A DNA stretch of 64,000 nt from Octopus sinensis (Eukaryota): NCBI RefSeq assembly GCF_006345805.1, contig NC_043004.1, positions 68,324,001-68,388,000 on the forward strand, given 5' to 3'. This document shows positions 37,177 to 51,024 of the stretch, piece after piece (positions within the stretch are counted from its first letter, which is position 1; the number at the start of each line of letters is the position of its first letter). The notes below the pieces were generated by a model that was not told the origin of the DNA, did not search any database, and saw nothing but the letters and a program-made list of their open reading frames with translations. A program made the translations under genes and the position numbers.

Positions 37177-37786
37177 GCAAAGCATTCAAACACTGAGATC
37201 TGAAATCAAATGTCACTACTGTTCATATCATGTGTGGATAAATTTTAAAATTGATGATATCAACAGCAGTGACATAGGTGGGGCGCAGGCGCAATAGCAT
37301 TAAATATCTATGAATTATAAATTTGCACGAAGCGTAATGATGCTTCAGAAGCATCTACCTGCTAGAAATAACAGCTAAACTCTTAAATTGATCCACCGTA
37401 TCGCACCAATATAACAGTGAAAAACCGTATACGAGGAAAACAAAAATAATGAAAACATTTAATAGCACAAATAAAAATATTATGCAATTAGGGATATCCA
37501 AAAACCATGTTTCGGCTTTTGGGTATTTAAACCCGAGCCTCTTCAGTGTGGCCTACCGTGTAATAATCCATAACTGTCACGTTAAACTCTGACTGTGCAA
37601 CTGGTTTTGTTATGCGCCAAAAACAGAACATATGGCGCATACAATTTTATAAGCAAACCATTCAAACACTGCGATTTGAAATCAGATGTCACTACTGTTC
37701 ATATCATCTGTGGATAAATTCTAAAATTGATGATATCAGCAGCAGTGTCATAGGTGGATCGGAGGCGCAATAGCATTAAATAGCTA
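37177..37786 (-). mobile_element. Short element with ~134-bp direct repeats (476-bp period) and a hammerhead-like motif
   Basis: 37177-37310 is similar to 37653-37786. The minus strand at 37500-37550 reads CTGAAGA GGCT cGGGT ttaaat ACCC aaa AGCC GAAA CATGGT. Confidence 0.6.
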
Positions 37787-38116
37787 TACACTCTCTTTCC
37801 TCTTTTACTTGTTGCAGGAAGTTGACTGCGGTCATGCTGGGGCATATAATTGAAGACATATACTGATAGAATTCAGCCCGGAATCAGTTGATGTCGAGAA
37901 GTCCTTATTGATGAGGAAGCGGATATTGCTGAAACTGAACCGTCAGTAAAGAATTCTCCGTCGGTGTTTCCGGGTGATCATAGTCCTTGTCAGTCTATAT
38001 GTATACGATTCTGTACTTTGACTGCAGCATTAGAGCATTTTAGCTCTTATTTCTAGCAACGTAGTTGTTTCTAACACCCTACTCATGTGTGTGTGCGTGC
38101 GTGCGTGTGTGTGTGT

Positions 38117-38163
<47 letters not shown>

Positions 38164-38879
38164 GTGTGTGTACATATGATTGGCTTCCCACTCTTTCCAT
38201 ATTCCAAAATTCGCACACAAAGAATTGCCAACGTGTTTGCAGAAGGACCAAACCCAAAACTTCACGGTTGCAAAGCAAACCTATTAACCACGCAACTATA
38301 TCTGTACATATAATAATTAGCATAACGAATAAATCATAATTAAATTAATGAATGTTAAAACGTTTCTTTCTACGGTAATAATTAGTCGTTAGTTGTTTGC
38401 AGCGACGTATTTTCATTCTTTTCGATCACTAAGTCATAAAACAGTATTAAGTCGTTTGTTTTCAAAAAATAACCAGAAAATGAACTCCACAAACCAAAGA
38501 TTATAATCTGTATATCTCGCTTTTCAGCAGCACGCTATTTAATTCATTATACAATTATTTCTTCGATGGAGTGAATTCTTATCGCCGATTTAGTTTCTCA
38601 CTAACTCGTATGTTTTCCCTTATAATCTTCAAACAACACTAATTCTAGCAAGCTTTCACACTGAAGTACATCTTTTTCTACTTCAATATCTGCATTATCA
38701 AATGCATGTTTAAATGGGTGTTTTTTTTTCTGAATCTGTAAACTTCTACCGAAATTTACAACAATTATATTATGAGTGCGTGCGCGCACGGTTTTGTGTG
38801 TGAGTGTGTGTTTGTTTGCGCATGCGCGTGTGTGTAATATTACACGTCTGTCGATTCATCCATGTTTTATCTCTTTCCC

Positions 38880-38925
<46 letters not shown>

Positions 38926-39289
38926 TATATAATATATAATATATATGTATATAATATGTATAGATAGATAGATATTTCCCCTTTCATTCAACATCGTTTT
39001 CATCATTGTACTGTCAACAGAAAACAGCAGAGCTCAGTTTTCACTAGTGAAAGCTGCTGAAGTTCCACGCAAAATATATGTTTGTGCGCGTATGTATGCA
39101 TGTATATATGTATGTGTGTATGCATGCATGTGTGTATGTATTTATATAATTATCTATCTATATATATGGGCTTACATACATACAGAGAGAGAGAGAAAGA
39201 AAGAGAGAGTATATACACACACATGAATACTTACATGCATACGTATATGTCAATCTTCCTTTCAGTTTTACAACTCCGTTGGCTTTCCT

Positions 39290-40548
39290 AATATCTCCTT
39301 CTCCCCGCGATATTGGTATTTCCTCTCCAAAATACCTCTTACTTCTCCTTAAAGATTCCGCCTTCCCAGAATTTCGATGGATTCTTGGCAAAGAACTCAT
39401 TAAGGGGTTTATGTCCGCTAAGAAATTTAAATTTTTACCATTGAGATTATTTTGCAAGGAAGCCAATAAACGAAACTTCGAAGGAGCAATGTTTGGTAAA
39501 TATTACGGGTGGGGTAACACATCCCAGTCCAGCTGCAACAAGGTCTGACGGGTTTCCAAAGAAACGTGAGGTCTGGTATTATCCAGATGTAAGGCGGTGA
39601 GCTGGCAGAATCGTTAGCATGCTGGGCGAAATGCTTACCGGTATTTCTTATGCTGCTACGTTCAGAGTTCAAACACCGCCGAGATCGACTTTACCTTTCA
39701 TCCTTTCGGATACGATAAATTAAGTACCAGCCGAGTACTTGAGTCGATGTAACCGACTATCCCTGTGCCCCTAATTTTAGGCCTTTTGTCTATAGTACAA
39801 AAAATTATCCTGATGGAAAATAACTTTTCCTGTTTGCCAATTCTGGCTGTTTTGTTTGTTTTTTTTTTTGCCTTAAAATCGTTTAGTTTCAGGCCGTATT
39901 TCTCAGAAATAAATGACTGGTTACTTAGCAGAAGCTCATAGGACAGAATTCCTTTCCAATCCCACCAGATGCAGAGCATGATTTTCTTAGGATGAAGACT
40001 TGCTTTTGGGGTGGCTAAATGTGGCTTATGTCGCTCACCCCAGGATCTATTTCACTGAACATTGTTGTAAACGATCCATTTCTAATCACCCGTCACAATT
40101 TGCTTCAAAAATGGTGCATTTTTAATGCGTTTATAGAGTAAGTCATAGATAGGAATGCGATCCAGAATATTCTTTTCACTCAGATCATGTGGTATCCAAA
40201 CATCATAGAGATTTGAGTACCTAAGTTTCACTAAGTGCTAATTAATGGTAGATTTTCAGAAATCTAGTGTTTCTCCCAATTCCTGCGTTGTGTAATGCGG
40301 GTTATTCTCAATCAATGTCTTGATTTGGTCATCATCTGAAGTGTGGGGGTCTGCCTGGGCGCTCTACATCAATAAGGCTACAATCACCAACTCTAAACTT
40401 AGCAAACTACTTCTGTACAGTTCTGTCAGCAGAAGCACCTTCGCCTTACACAGCACATCTTTTTTTTTGTTGCTTGCAAGACATTTTTACCTTTACGGTA
40501 ATAAAAAAGAGGCATCAAGTGCCTAAAATGCACCTTAGAATCTTTCAT
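39290..40548 (-). pseudogene. Mariner (DD34D) transposase pseudogene, interrupted by a SINE
   Basis: MKDSKVHFRHLM start at 40548; PFLKQIVTGD; LHPKKIMLCIWWDWKGI; [23 protein letters not shown]. Confidence 0.88.
39594..39810 (+). mobile_element. Family M SINE (monomer) inserted in the mariner
   Basis: GGCGGTGAGCTGGCAGAATCGTTAGCATGCTGGGCGAAATGCTT...GAGTTCAAACACCGCCGAGATCGACTTTACCTTTCATCCTTTCGG. Confidence 0.85.
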
Positions 40549-40724
40549 ATTCATAGGGATACAAAATTGACACGAATTAAGTAATTTTAAACTTTCTTTC
40601 TCGAGATTGTTTGAAGTGTGCGCTAACCGGAAATGTAAGCATATGTGTCGATATATTTGATATCTTCTAATGTGTTGGAATGTGAACGAGTAACATTTGA
40701 CGTGTTATAATGTCTTGGAGCATC

Positions 40725-40932
40725 AACGACTAACGTTTTTATATATTAAATGATATAGGTAATTTAAACCACACTTATACGTAGTTTAACTATATCTTTT
40801 TACAAAGGTACCATTCAGAATAATATCTGTCAAAGCAATGCATTTGTGCCATTGCGAGTCCACACGTTCGAACTGGCCTTGATAAGAACTTCAGGTGTAC
40901 ACTTTTGTATCCACATTTTCATAACTACTTCA
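40725..40932 (-). mobile_element. 3' end fragment of a second mariner family (homologous to 43770-43960)
   Basis: ~200-bp similarity to 43770-43960, whose minus strand encodes ...VVSQWHKSIAFDRYYTE (mariner C-terminus-like). Confidence 0.65.
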
Positions 40933-41499
40933 CATACATACATACATACATGCATAATACATACATACATACATACATACATACATACATACATACATAC
41001 ATACATACATACATACATACATACATACGGCTGTAGCAATAGCCACTCGTAAGAAAAAGGAGTACTTCCCAATGAAAACCCGAATAAAATGTAAACAAGA
41101 GGAGAAAAACACTGTGGAGTTGTGGACACTAACTGTCTAGACGATGATTACATAAAGCTGAAGATCAATGAAAAGGGGAATACTTACGCTCGACTATTTA
41201 GAACTCTGCGATGACTCTATCCAGGTTACAAGTTTAGTTTTATTCCTGTAACTATTGGGGTACTGGGATATGTAACACATTACCTGAATACCAATCTTAA
41301 GAAATTAGGCTTCCCAAAAGGAGAAAGCTGATTACAAAAAATATAGGTTTAGTCCATCACTGGAACTGTAAAACTTTCTAGAAGTTCATCATTTAAGTAT
41401 AAACGAGCATGGATAGACATGCAACTATATGCTTGAGTATACAGATATAAGATAAAACATACAACTATCTGTCTGTCTCTCTCTCCCGCTTACTTTTTT

Positions 41500-41880
41500 T
41501 TACTCTTTTACTTGTTTCAGTCATTTGACTGCTGCCATGCTGGAGAACCACCTTTAGTCTAGCAAATCAACCCCGGGACTTATTCTTTGTAAGCCCCGTA
41601 CTTATTATATCGGTCTCTTTTGACGAACCACTAAGTGACGGGGGCATAAACACAACAGCATCGGTTGTGAAGCAATGCTAGGAGGACAAACACACACGCA
41701 CGCAAACACACACACATATATATATACATATATACGACGAGCTTCTTTGAGTTTCCGTCTACCAAGGCTGTGGTCGGCTTGAGGCTATAGTAGAAGAAAA
41801 TCGCCCAAGATGCCACGCAGTGGGACTGTACCTAGAACCATGTGGTTCGAAAGCAAGCTACTTACCACACAGACACTCCG
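41500..41880 (-). mobile_element. Family C SINE, complete
   Basis: From tail CTTTTACTTGTTTCAGTCATTTGACTGCTGCCATGCTGGAG to head ...GAACCATGTGGTTCGAAAGCAAGCTACTTACCACACAG. Confidence 0.88.
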
Positions 41881-41904
41881 TATACACGCACACATAAATA
41901 TATA

Positions 41905-42500
41905 CATACATACATACATACATACATGCATACATACATACATACATGCATACATACATACATACATACATACATACATACATACATACATGCATACATA
42001 CATACATACATACATACATACATACATGCATACATACATACATACATACATACATACATACATACATGCATACATACATACATACATACATACATACATA
42101 CATGCATACATACATACATACATACATACATACATACATACATGCATAATACATACATACATACATACATACATACATACATGCATACATAATACATACA
42201 TACATACATACATACATACATACATACATACTACATACATACATACATACATACATACATACATACATGCATACATACATACATACATGCATACATACAT
42301 ACATACATACATACATACATACATGCATACATACATACATACATGCATACATACATACATACATACATACATACACACATACATACATACATTCATACAT
42401 GCATACATACATACATACATACATACATTCATACACGCATACATACATACATACATACATACATGCATACATACATACATACATACATACATACATACAA
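41905..42500. repeat. ~600-bp (CATA)n array with CATG variants
   Basis: Directly visible; source of the 235-aa YVCM/HTYI pseudo-ORFs. Confidence 0.97.
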
Positions 42501-42639
42501 ATATACCTTGTTGTTGATCTTGAAATTCCAGCGTAAGAGTCCTGAATCTAGGTTAGAAACTGGCTCTTTCTCTATTGGCAAGAAATCTTGAAGTAAAACT
42601 GAATGATGACATACATGGATATATAAATGATATATCTGA

Positions 42640-43110
42640 ACGGTTATTTGCAACGCTATCCGTCGGAAGAACCGCCCTGCTGTAAAACATCAAAGATATG
42701 TCGTAACCAGCAGGTATTCACACCTTTCTAACAAGGAATACAAGTGGAACCTTCCAATAAATGCACCAATTCGGTGCGAACACAACATACCTGATATTGG
42801 ACAGCGAAAATAAGTCATGCAGTGCTGTAGAGGTCAGCTACCCAGCACGTGTGTATGTGCAATAAAAAGTCCAGGAAAAAGATATTTATGGTAAATTGAT
42901 GCGAAACTTAGACATTTTGTTAGGTTACTAGGAATTCTCGTTTGTACTTATCATGATTGGTGCATTAGCTTATGTACCAACAAATTTAAACAAAATGCTA
43001 GAAATATTCAGTTTCAATTCATTAATAGCACAGTGAAGATTTGTAAAACATTCCAAATATTCTCCATCTGAGATTCTTATGTAAATAAATGCACACACTT
43101 GGCTATATTC
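42640..43110 (+). mobile_element. Second RLE-type (R4/Dong-like) non-LTR 3' fragment
   Basis: ICNAIRRK..., EYKWNLPINAPIRCEHNIPDI...CSAVEVSYPA...KDIYGKLMRNL...IGALAYV...TVKICKTF. Homologous to 13100-13620. Confidence 0.72.
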
Positions 43111-43339
43111 ATTGATACACCAATACACCAACTCAACTACATATTTACAAACACCTAGAACTCTTTTAATTCGAAAACGTCTTATTGCTTTATTATCAAA
43201 TGGCCTGAACACTCTCAAGAAGAAATTAAATAAAACTCAAAGAAAAATCATACCTGTATATATGTGTAAATATTTATATAGATAAATAATAAAAGAAACG
43301 AAATAATTGGGATAGGCGTTCTTCGTTGTATGATATATG

Positions 43340-43390
<51 letters not shown>

Positions 43391-43422
43391 GTGTGTGTGT
43401 GTGGTGTGTGTGTGTGTGTGTA

Positions 43423-43455
<33 letters not shown>

Positions 43456-43769
43456 TATAATTGGAATAGGCGAAACGCTTATTCCAATTATCTGGGCTTT
43501 TTGTCATTTTTTTTAGTAGCTTAAGTATGTGAATCAAGTTGTTTGTATTTCATAGACTTAATATTCAACACTCTTTGCTAGTTCTATGCGTAAGGACAAG
43601 GGCATTTCAGCATCTTCTGCGCTTTTATTAAAGAATAAAAGACTATTAATTATATGTATTATGTGCGCATATGCAAATTGAGAGGCTAGTCCCATATTTG
43701 GTCAGATAGATAGAGAGATACAGTTCTAAATGTACGAAAGTTCTGCCAAAATAGTGTTCAACAAGGGAT

Positions 43770-44790
43770 ACGGTTTTTATACATTAAATGATATACGTAG
43801 TTTAAACTTAGTTTAACTAGACCTTTTTACAAAGCTACCATTCAGTATAATATCTGTCGAAAGCAATGCTTTTATGCCATTGCGAAACCACACTCTCGAA
43901 CTGGCCCTGATAAGAATTTCAGGTGTACACTGTTGTATACACGTTTTCATAACCACTTCACTCTGCTTCTTTCATCAGTGCGATGATCTTGTAAACTTCA
44001 CTGGGCTGAAGTCTCGTCAGTTGCGTACTGTGCGAGGATGTAGGATCATAGAACTGCTCAAATTGTATAGATTTTCGGGGGCAAAGATATATGATGTTGC
44101 GAAGTGGTATGCTGAATGTGGATAGTTTTCAGATTCCTATTCAGTACATTCCTCTTCGTGGATTCAGTGAGGTGTTTAGTTGTTTCAACGTATCGCTCAC
44201 AATGTACGCTACAGCTCCATTCCAGAAAATAAGTCAATGATGCCCTTCTCAACCTCTATGTATACACCATAACTTCTTTACACTTTGAGGATGTAATGTG
44301 AAGTCATTCCATGTAACGAAGCTTTCATTTCCTGTATCATAAAGATATTTTCACGTTTCATTGCCTACGACCAGGTGAGAAAATTTGTCTTTAGACATTT
44401 GCAACTGATCAGAGCAAACTACTCTTCTCTCCTTGAAGACATTTGTGAAATGCTGAGGAACCCATGTCGCACACACTTTCTAATACCCAAATATTTCTAC
44501 CATGAACTGTAACGCATTGAGACCCTTAACCTATTGTGCAGCCAGTTTAAAACTTGTGACTCGTCTGTCTGTACGAATCAACTCGGACACTTTCCGACAA
44601 TTCGTGTCTGAAGTTGCAACTGCGTTTCTTCGTTAAAATTCTCCATCGTTAGTCTTCTGTGTACAAACGGCATCTCTTTGTTCTGAAGAACTCAATAACG
44701 GCATGTTACTTCTGCTTCGAGAACTGGAAGATGATTTACTGTGCATGTAAATTCACTCTAGCAGCATGCACAATTTGAAAAATCGTGTTC
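43770..44790 (-). pseudogene. Decayed mariner transposase
   Basis: HAVIEFF, KVSELIRTDRRVT, KVCATWVPQHFT, LVVGNET, and C-terminal WHKSIAF. Confidence 0.75.
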
Positions 44791-46204
44791 CTATTCGAAT
44801 ATGTATTATAGTAATATTATATCATTAGAATTCTCTTTTTAGTATTTGCCATATCTCGGGCGCGTGTACTTTCCAAACAGATTAATGAATTACCTACAAA
44901 ACCACCTTCCTCTAAAGTTTCTAAGTCAACATCTGTAAATACAGCACGTCACGACCAGCACTAAATAGACGAAGGCTGCTGATGTGGTTAACGCACTTTT
45001 ATTTCTCTCCATAAGTAATTTAGTTACTGGTTCAGTTATTTTTCTTTTAACGGAGAGTAAAGTTATGAAAATAATTTCCTATTTCGTTTAAAGTATTTTT
45101 TTCCATATTTTCCTTGCAAGTAATTGACTCAAGATATTATCTTGTTCATATATATTTAATATCTCTTTTCGCTCCATATCAGTAGATAGCGAGTCTTCAG
45201 TACAGACAAGTGAAAAACTATATACTAAAATAATTACATTATATTACTTTGGTATTTTTTCTTCATTTTGAATCAGAAGAAGTAGGCGAGAGAAATAAGG
45301 AGATAAATTAGAATGAAGCATGACATAGTAAGTATATTTGGTTTTAAAGAGAGAGAGAGAGAAGCCATTTGGATTGAACCCAGTTAAGTTTTTTTCCTGC
45401 CAAAGTGAATAAGATAATTTCGAGTTCTAATTCAAGAATGCTATGGAATTTTTTGCCATTTACATTTCCTTTTCGCTCTAAATACATACATGCATTCATG
45501 CATGCATGCATCCATACATGCATGCATGCATACATATACACACTCACACAAATAATGTGAGAGAAGGAGAGAGGGACAGAGAGAGACACAGACAGATAGA
45601 TAGATATTATATGCTTAGTATATATAGTAAGTGTGTGGTATATATAATGTATATCAAATATATATATATATAATTTATATATAGTACATATGTGTCATAT
45701 ATGTATATATATATATATATATATTTGCATACATACAGACACGCGCGCACGTGTGTGTAAATATTCATTGTATCTGTTGAATAATTATCTCCCTTTAAAA
45801 TAAGGCCTAGAAGGAAGGGGAAAATTTGATAGAAGAAAAATTAGCATTAATCATTGTATTAGCGCTAGAAACAATATTTTAATGACCCTCTATGCAGTTA
45901 TAGCCATGCTTGTGTATATATGTGTGGGTTTGGGCTTATTATTATTATTATTATTATAAAGAATGTTTAAGAATAATAATGGGATATTTACAGACGGAAG
46001 AACTCAGTAATTAGATTAGAGTCAAATATGTTCCAAAATTCCTGTTCAGCAGAATCTTTCGTTCCCTATGGCAGCATATTTCCACGTCGAATCAGTTTTC
46101 AGATAAAGTTTAAAGTCTCAATCAACATGAATTACATAAACACACGTATTCACACACACCTCTAGTATCTACATGAAATCTTTCGGCGTGAAACTCAAAT
46201 TGGT

Positions 46205-46640
46205 TTCAAATGTTTACCACAAGGCCAGCAAAATTGGTGAGATGAGGTAAGACGGTTACATGAACCCCAGTGCTCAACTGGTACTTATTTTTTCGATAGC
46301 GAGAGGGGATGAAAGAGAAAGTTGTTCCTGGTGGAATTTGAACTCAGAACGTAAAAGTGGTCGAAATACTGCTAAGCATTTTGCCCTACGTGCTAACGAT
46401 TCTGCCAGCTCACCGCCTAATTTCGAATATTTGAAATTTCGCCACAAGGCCACCAAATTCTGGGGAGGCGGTAAGCTGATTACAGTGATCCCAGTGTTCA
46501 ACTGGTACTTATTTTGTCGATCTCGAAAGAATGAACAGCAAAGTTGACTTCGGCAGAATTTTAACACTGAATGTAAAGACAGACGAAATGCCGCTAAGCA
46601 TTTTGCCAGGCGTAGTAACGATTCAGCCAGCTCGCCACAT
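46205..46640 (-). mobile_element. Two adjacent family M SINE monomers
   Basis: Two heads ending ...TGCCAGCTCACCGCC (~46418) and ...AGCCAGCTCGCCAC (~46638). Confidence 0.8.
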
Positions 46641-46844
46641 TCAGTTTTAATCTAATACCAAAATATTTCTGCCCGTTGTTTTTAAAAAATAGACTTTTAG
46701 CCAGTGCATTTAGTATTTTGTAACAGCATTTCTGTAATGCATAACTCTCTGGAGCTGTTACCGTCAGTAAATAACAGGTTTATGATGATGTTATTTATAA
46801 CGTCAAAGTAGATATTATCTATTATATAGAATCCATTCTGTCTC

Positions 46845-47010
46845 TCTGTCTATGTGTCTTCTAGGATCTCGGGCATCCTCCATCCGATTGCGCTCAAATT
46901 TGATATGTAGATACCGACGGTATCAGGGCATGTGTATTTCGTCAAAAAATTACAAAAATTGACACCAGGTGAGAATGCGATCGATTCGAGAAAGCCGTGG
47001 GAACGTTCAT
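46845..47010 (+). mobile_element. Possible Helentron-associated (HINE/DINE-like) fragment
   Basis: A CTGT-rich tract followed by GATCTCGGG...ATCCGATTGCGCTCAAATTTGATATG resembles DINE-1/HINE cores (from recall only). Confidence 0.3.
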
Positions 47011-48133
47011 TTTTAAAATAGTTTTTCTTGGAATAGCAAAAAGTCTACCTTTATTTCTTCTTTTGCTGGTGTCTCAAATTTAGGCTAAATCAGTGATTCT
47101 CAAAGGGGAGACATATGGGACGGTCGGACAAGTTGTTTTCAGAAAATTTGGTTTAAATGTTTGACAACTCAGCACCGTCTATTGGACGGGAGGGGAGTGC
47201 TCGTGGTAATGCATAACTTTCTGGAGCTGTTACCTTCAGTAAATAATAGGTTTATTGTGATATTATTCATAATATCAAAGAAGACTTTTGTATAACTGAG
47301 ATTATTTTTTTTTATTATTTCCATAATCTTCTTTCTGACAAGACATTTGTTTTATAATAGCATCTAATTTCATGAATTTATCAACAACTTTCTAAAGAGG
47401 AAAATGTATCACCTTCTCACAATGAATCTCCTTTTTATGAAATCATGCTGCAATTCGAGAAAGATAGGTAGAAGAAAGTTAAAATAACAGAACAGCAAAT
47501 GTATCTTTAATGCAGGATATTCCATTCTATTTCAATCCTGCATATCATGCTGTCTCCTCAGATGATCCGGCTGGGGGTGACGGCTCGTATAGGTCAATGG
47601 CACGTCACATATTCACAGTGGATGAGCAAATATCACGCAAAGTTAGGTTAAAAAAGACAAAACAAAGTTACCATTTCGAGTCATGCCGACTTATAATGGC
47701 GGAGGTCGGGTTAAGCCGGGTGAGGATTTAATCTAACATAATTATATTAAAGCGACACTTGACCCCAGAGAATAATAAATGAGCCGGAACGAATACTGAG
47801 AATGCTGCTCGACCTTTTAACAGTTGTGACACCCCCGACCTAGATCGGTGAATTTCTTTAGCAAATCCGAAAGAAAAAGAAGAAAGGGTTACTTCGGAGT
47901 TATTTGAGTCTTGGGACGCTGAGAGGCGTATGTATATATTGTGGTTACGATTTTCAGATCGAAAGAATGGGATATTCCATCTTTATACAGCATACGTTTC
48001 CCTTCTTTCGCTGTTGTCCATATTTGTTATTAGTGTCCCTGTAAATTCCTTGTAGTGGTATCATTAATCGTACTATTTAATACATTGTTTTCAAAGAAGG
48101 AAGTTTGGGTATTTTTGTGATGGATATATATAT

Positions 48134-48198
<65 letters not shown>

Positions 48199-49063
48199 GT
48201 GTGTGTGTTGTGTGTGTATGTATGTGTTTGGTGTGTGTATGTACATATATATATATATATATATATACATAACATATGTGTACCTCTGTGTGTGGGGGTG
48301 TGCGTGCATGTGTGTAAGTCCTTGATTTATTAAATTATCTCCTGCAGAGGATGCGTTATTGTCAGCAAATAGAAATTAAGACCAGTCCTTTATGGGATGC
48401 AGAGATGATCTGAGGATTCAACCCAAGAACAAACATATCTACATACATACTGATAGGAATGTATGTCATAAGTGCTTTTCTGGTATTATGGATCCTTGTT
48501 CCGCCTTTTTAATTATCGTTGTGCTGACTTCGCATTCTTAAACTACAATTTGTTGAGCGTTCCGCCGACACCTGGAATCTGAACGTAATTTCACGAGAGA
48601 ACTGGAATAGAAAGGGACATTTAAAACTCAGTTTATAAGATAAGCTATAAAGGATTTCCGTCAACTGCATTTTCACTCACAAGGCATGGTCGACCATAGA
48701 TGCTGAAGATGGGATCAAGAATATTAAAATTGAACTCGAAACTTCATGTTTGCTATTCGAACATTTTAACCATTCACACCTCAACTTATGTTCGTGAAAT
48801 TTATTTTAAATTTTTTTTCTGTTTTGACACTTAATTTTATTTATTAATTTTATTTATTAATTTTATTTATTAATTTTATTTATTGAATGTATTTAAAGTT
48901 CAATTTTTGTTTATCTACATTCTTTTTTTACTTTTTTCTTTCTGTCAGTTTTATTATATATTTTCATTGTATTTTATGAAAGAAATATATATTTATCTCT
49001 CTCTCTCTCTATATATATAATATATATATATATACATACATACATATATATATATTATATATA

Positions 49064-49101
<38 letters not shown>

Positions 49102-50027
49102 ACCAAACTACAAATAAAACTAAAATAGCAGCACATATTTGCATATATGTGTGTGTGTGTGCGTGTATGTATAACTATGTTTATCTACGTATATGTAGTC
49201 ATATATGTGTATGTATATATATGCATCTATGTATATGTGTATGTATATACATATGTACACATATATATTTATATATGTGTATATGTACATGTAAGAACAT
49301 ATACATATCATGTATATGTGTGTGTATACGTATGTATGTATGCATGCCTATATATAAACTCACACGTACTCACCATCATACAACCACGTAGACAAAATAT
49401 GAAACACATACAACCATACCCTTCCAACAACAAATTACCATTACTACCCTCACCTTTCACCTTAATCTTGCCCATCTACTACCTCTCAGTTAATAATAAT
49501 TGTCAATTCCCAAAACTCAAAACAATCCCGAATACATACTATTTATAGAATATTCCTATACTATTTCTAGAATTCTTAAACATCCATATAATGACAATCC
49601 TGTCAATTCCAAATACTGCCACAATATAGAGAATGGTTAAATTGTCTGGCTACCAACCCCGTCCCGTATATCTTCCACAGATCTTTTCTTGTATAAATGC
49701 CGACAAATTCTGTTTATTAAACTATTGTTGGAACAAACATCGAGAATGGCGTAACTAGAAATCACAGACAAACAGACAATTTTTAATAATAAATTTGACC
49801 TCTACATTTTATGTACGGACACCATTCATCAGTAAAGTTTTCTTATTAGATATTTATCAGTAACACTAACGAGAAGATATATGGAGAGATACACACAAAA
49901 AAAACACACTCACATTTATACACACACATATATGTTGGTATACATTCGCATAAAATACACGATTAGATGCGTATGTATGTGCATTGTATATATATATATA
50001 TATATATATTTATACACACACACGCAC

Positions 50028-50109
<82 letters not shown>

Positions 50110-50506
50110 AAGACAAAACTAACTACAGTTTCTAGACTTCAAATAATTATATTTCGTTTCCGAAGAGCATCATTTATCAAACTAGTGGCCACCGGAATCT
50201 ATTCATTTTCCCAAGTAGAAGCATTCAGCTTATTCCTGTTGGAATTCTTCGAAGGCAGTGCGGACTGTTGCTTGGCTTAGAAAAACCTTTTCCAAGAAGT
50301 TATCGAAAGCTTGAAAGAATTGTATTCAAGCAAAGAGACATGGGTTGAGGTATAAGCTACGGAAGATGGTGTTAGGTTTTTTTTTTTTTTTAGATATATT
50401 TTGTTCCTTTTTATCAATTCCTAAGGTAATTTACGAGCCTTGTGACGGTTAAAGAATTGTCTTTCCCAGTTGAATTTGGCGGACGTTCTTCGTGCCTTTC
50501 CACAAA

Positions 50507-50993
50507 TTACAAACGGTGAAAAATATTTTTCGGTAGGGATGGGTGTTGGTACTGCAGCTGATGCTGGCGAATATTGTGTTTTTTGTAGTGTTGGTGTTGA
50601 TGCTCATGGATTTGGAGATGTTGAAATATATGCCCCATTAAATTATTCAATGTGGATGTGATATATCTCGACATAGTGGGGAGGATAAGTTCTAGATACG
50701 ATACCAGCAAACAGACTCATCACCCATAATCATAAACTTTTACATATTTGAATACTTACTCACGCACAAGCATTTACGCACCCCCATACATATATATGTA
50801 TATATATATATATATATATGTATAGATATGTATATACTATATATATAATATATTCATATATATCATATATATATGATATTTATAATAATAATATAATAAT
50901 AATAATAATAATAATATAATAATATAATAATAATAAATAATAATAATAATAACAACAACAACAACACAACAACAACAACAACAACAACAACAA

Positions 50994-51024
<31 letters not shown>

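Noticed and set aside
38601-38789. Protein-like minus-strand ORF (HPFKHAFDNADIEVEKDVLQC...)
   Set aside because: No recognisable domain, it starts in a microsatellite, and there is no partner exon.
41785-42517. Long ORFs of YVCM/HTYI, IYIY, HTHT, LSLS type throughout the window (up to 235 aa)
   Set aside because: They are translations of (CATA)n, (TA)n, (CA)n and (CT)n microsatellites, which lack stops in some frames. There is no coding evidence.
50648-50680. NVDVIYLDIV, resembling the LINE RT motif at ~16955
   Set aside because: Only ~30 bp long, absent from the paired inverted arm, and with no neighbouring RT motifs. Likely chance.
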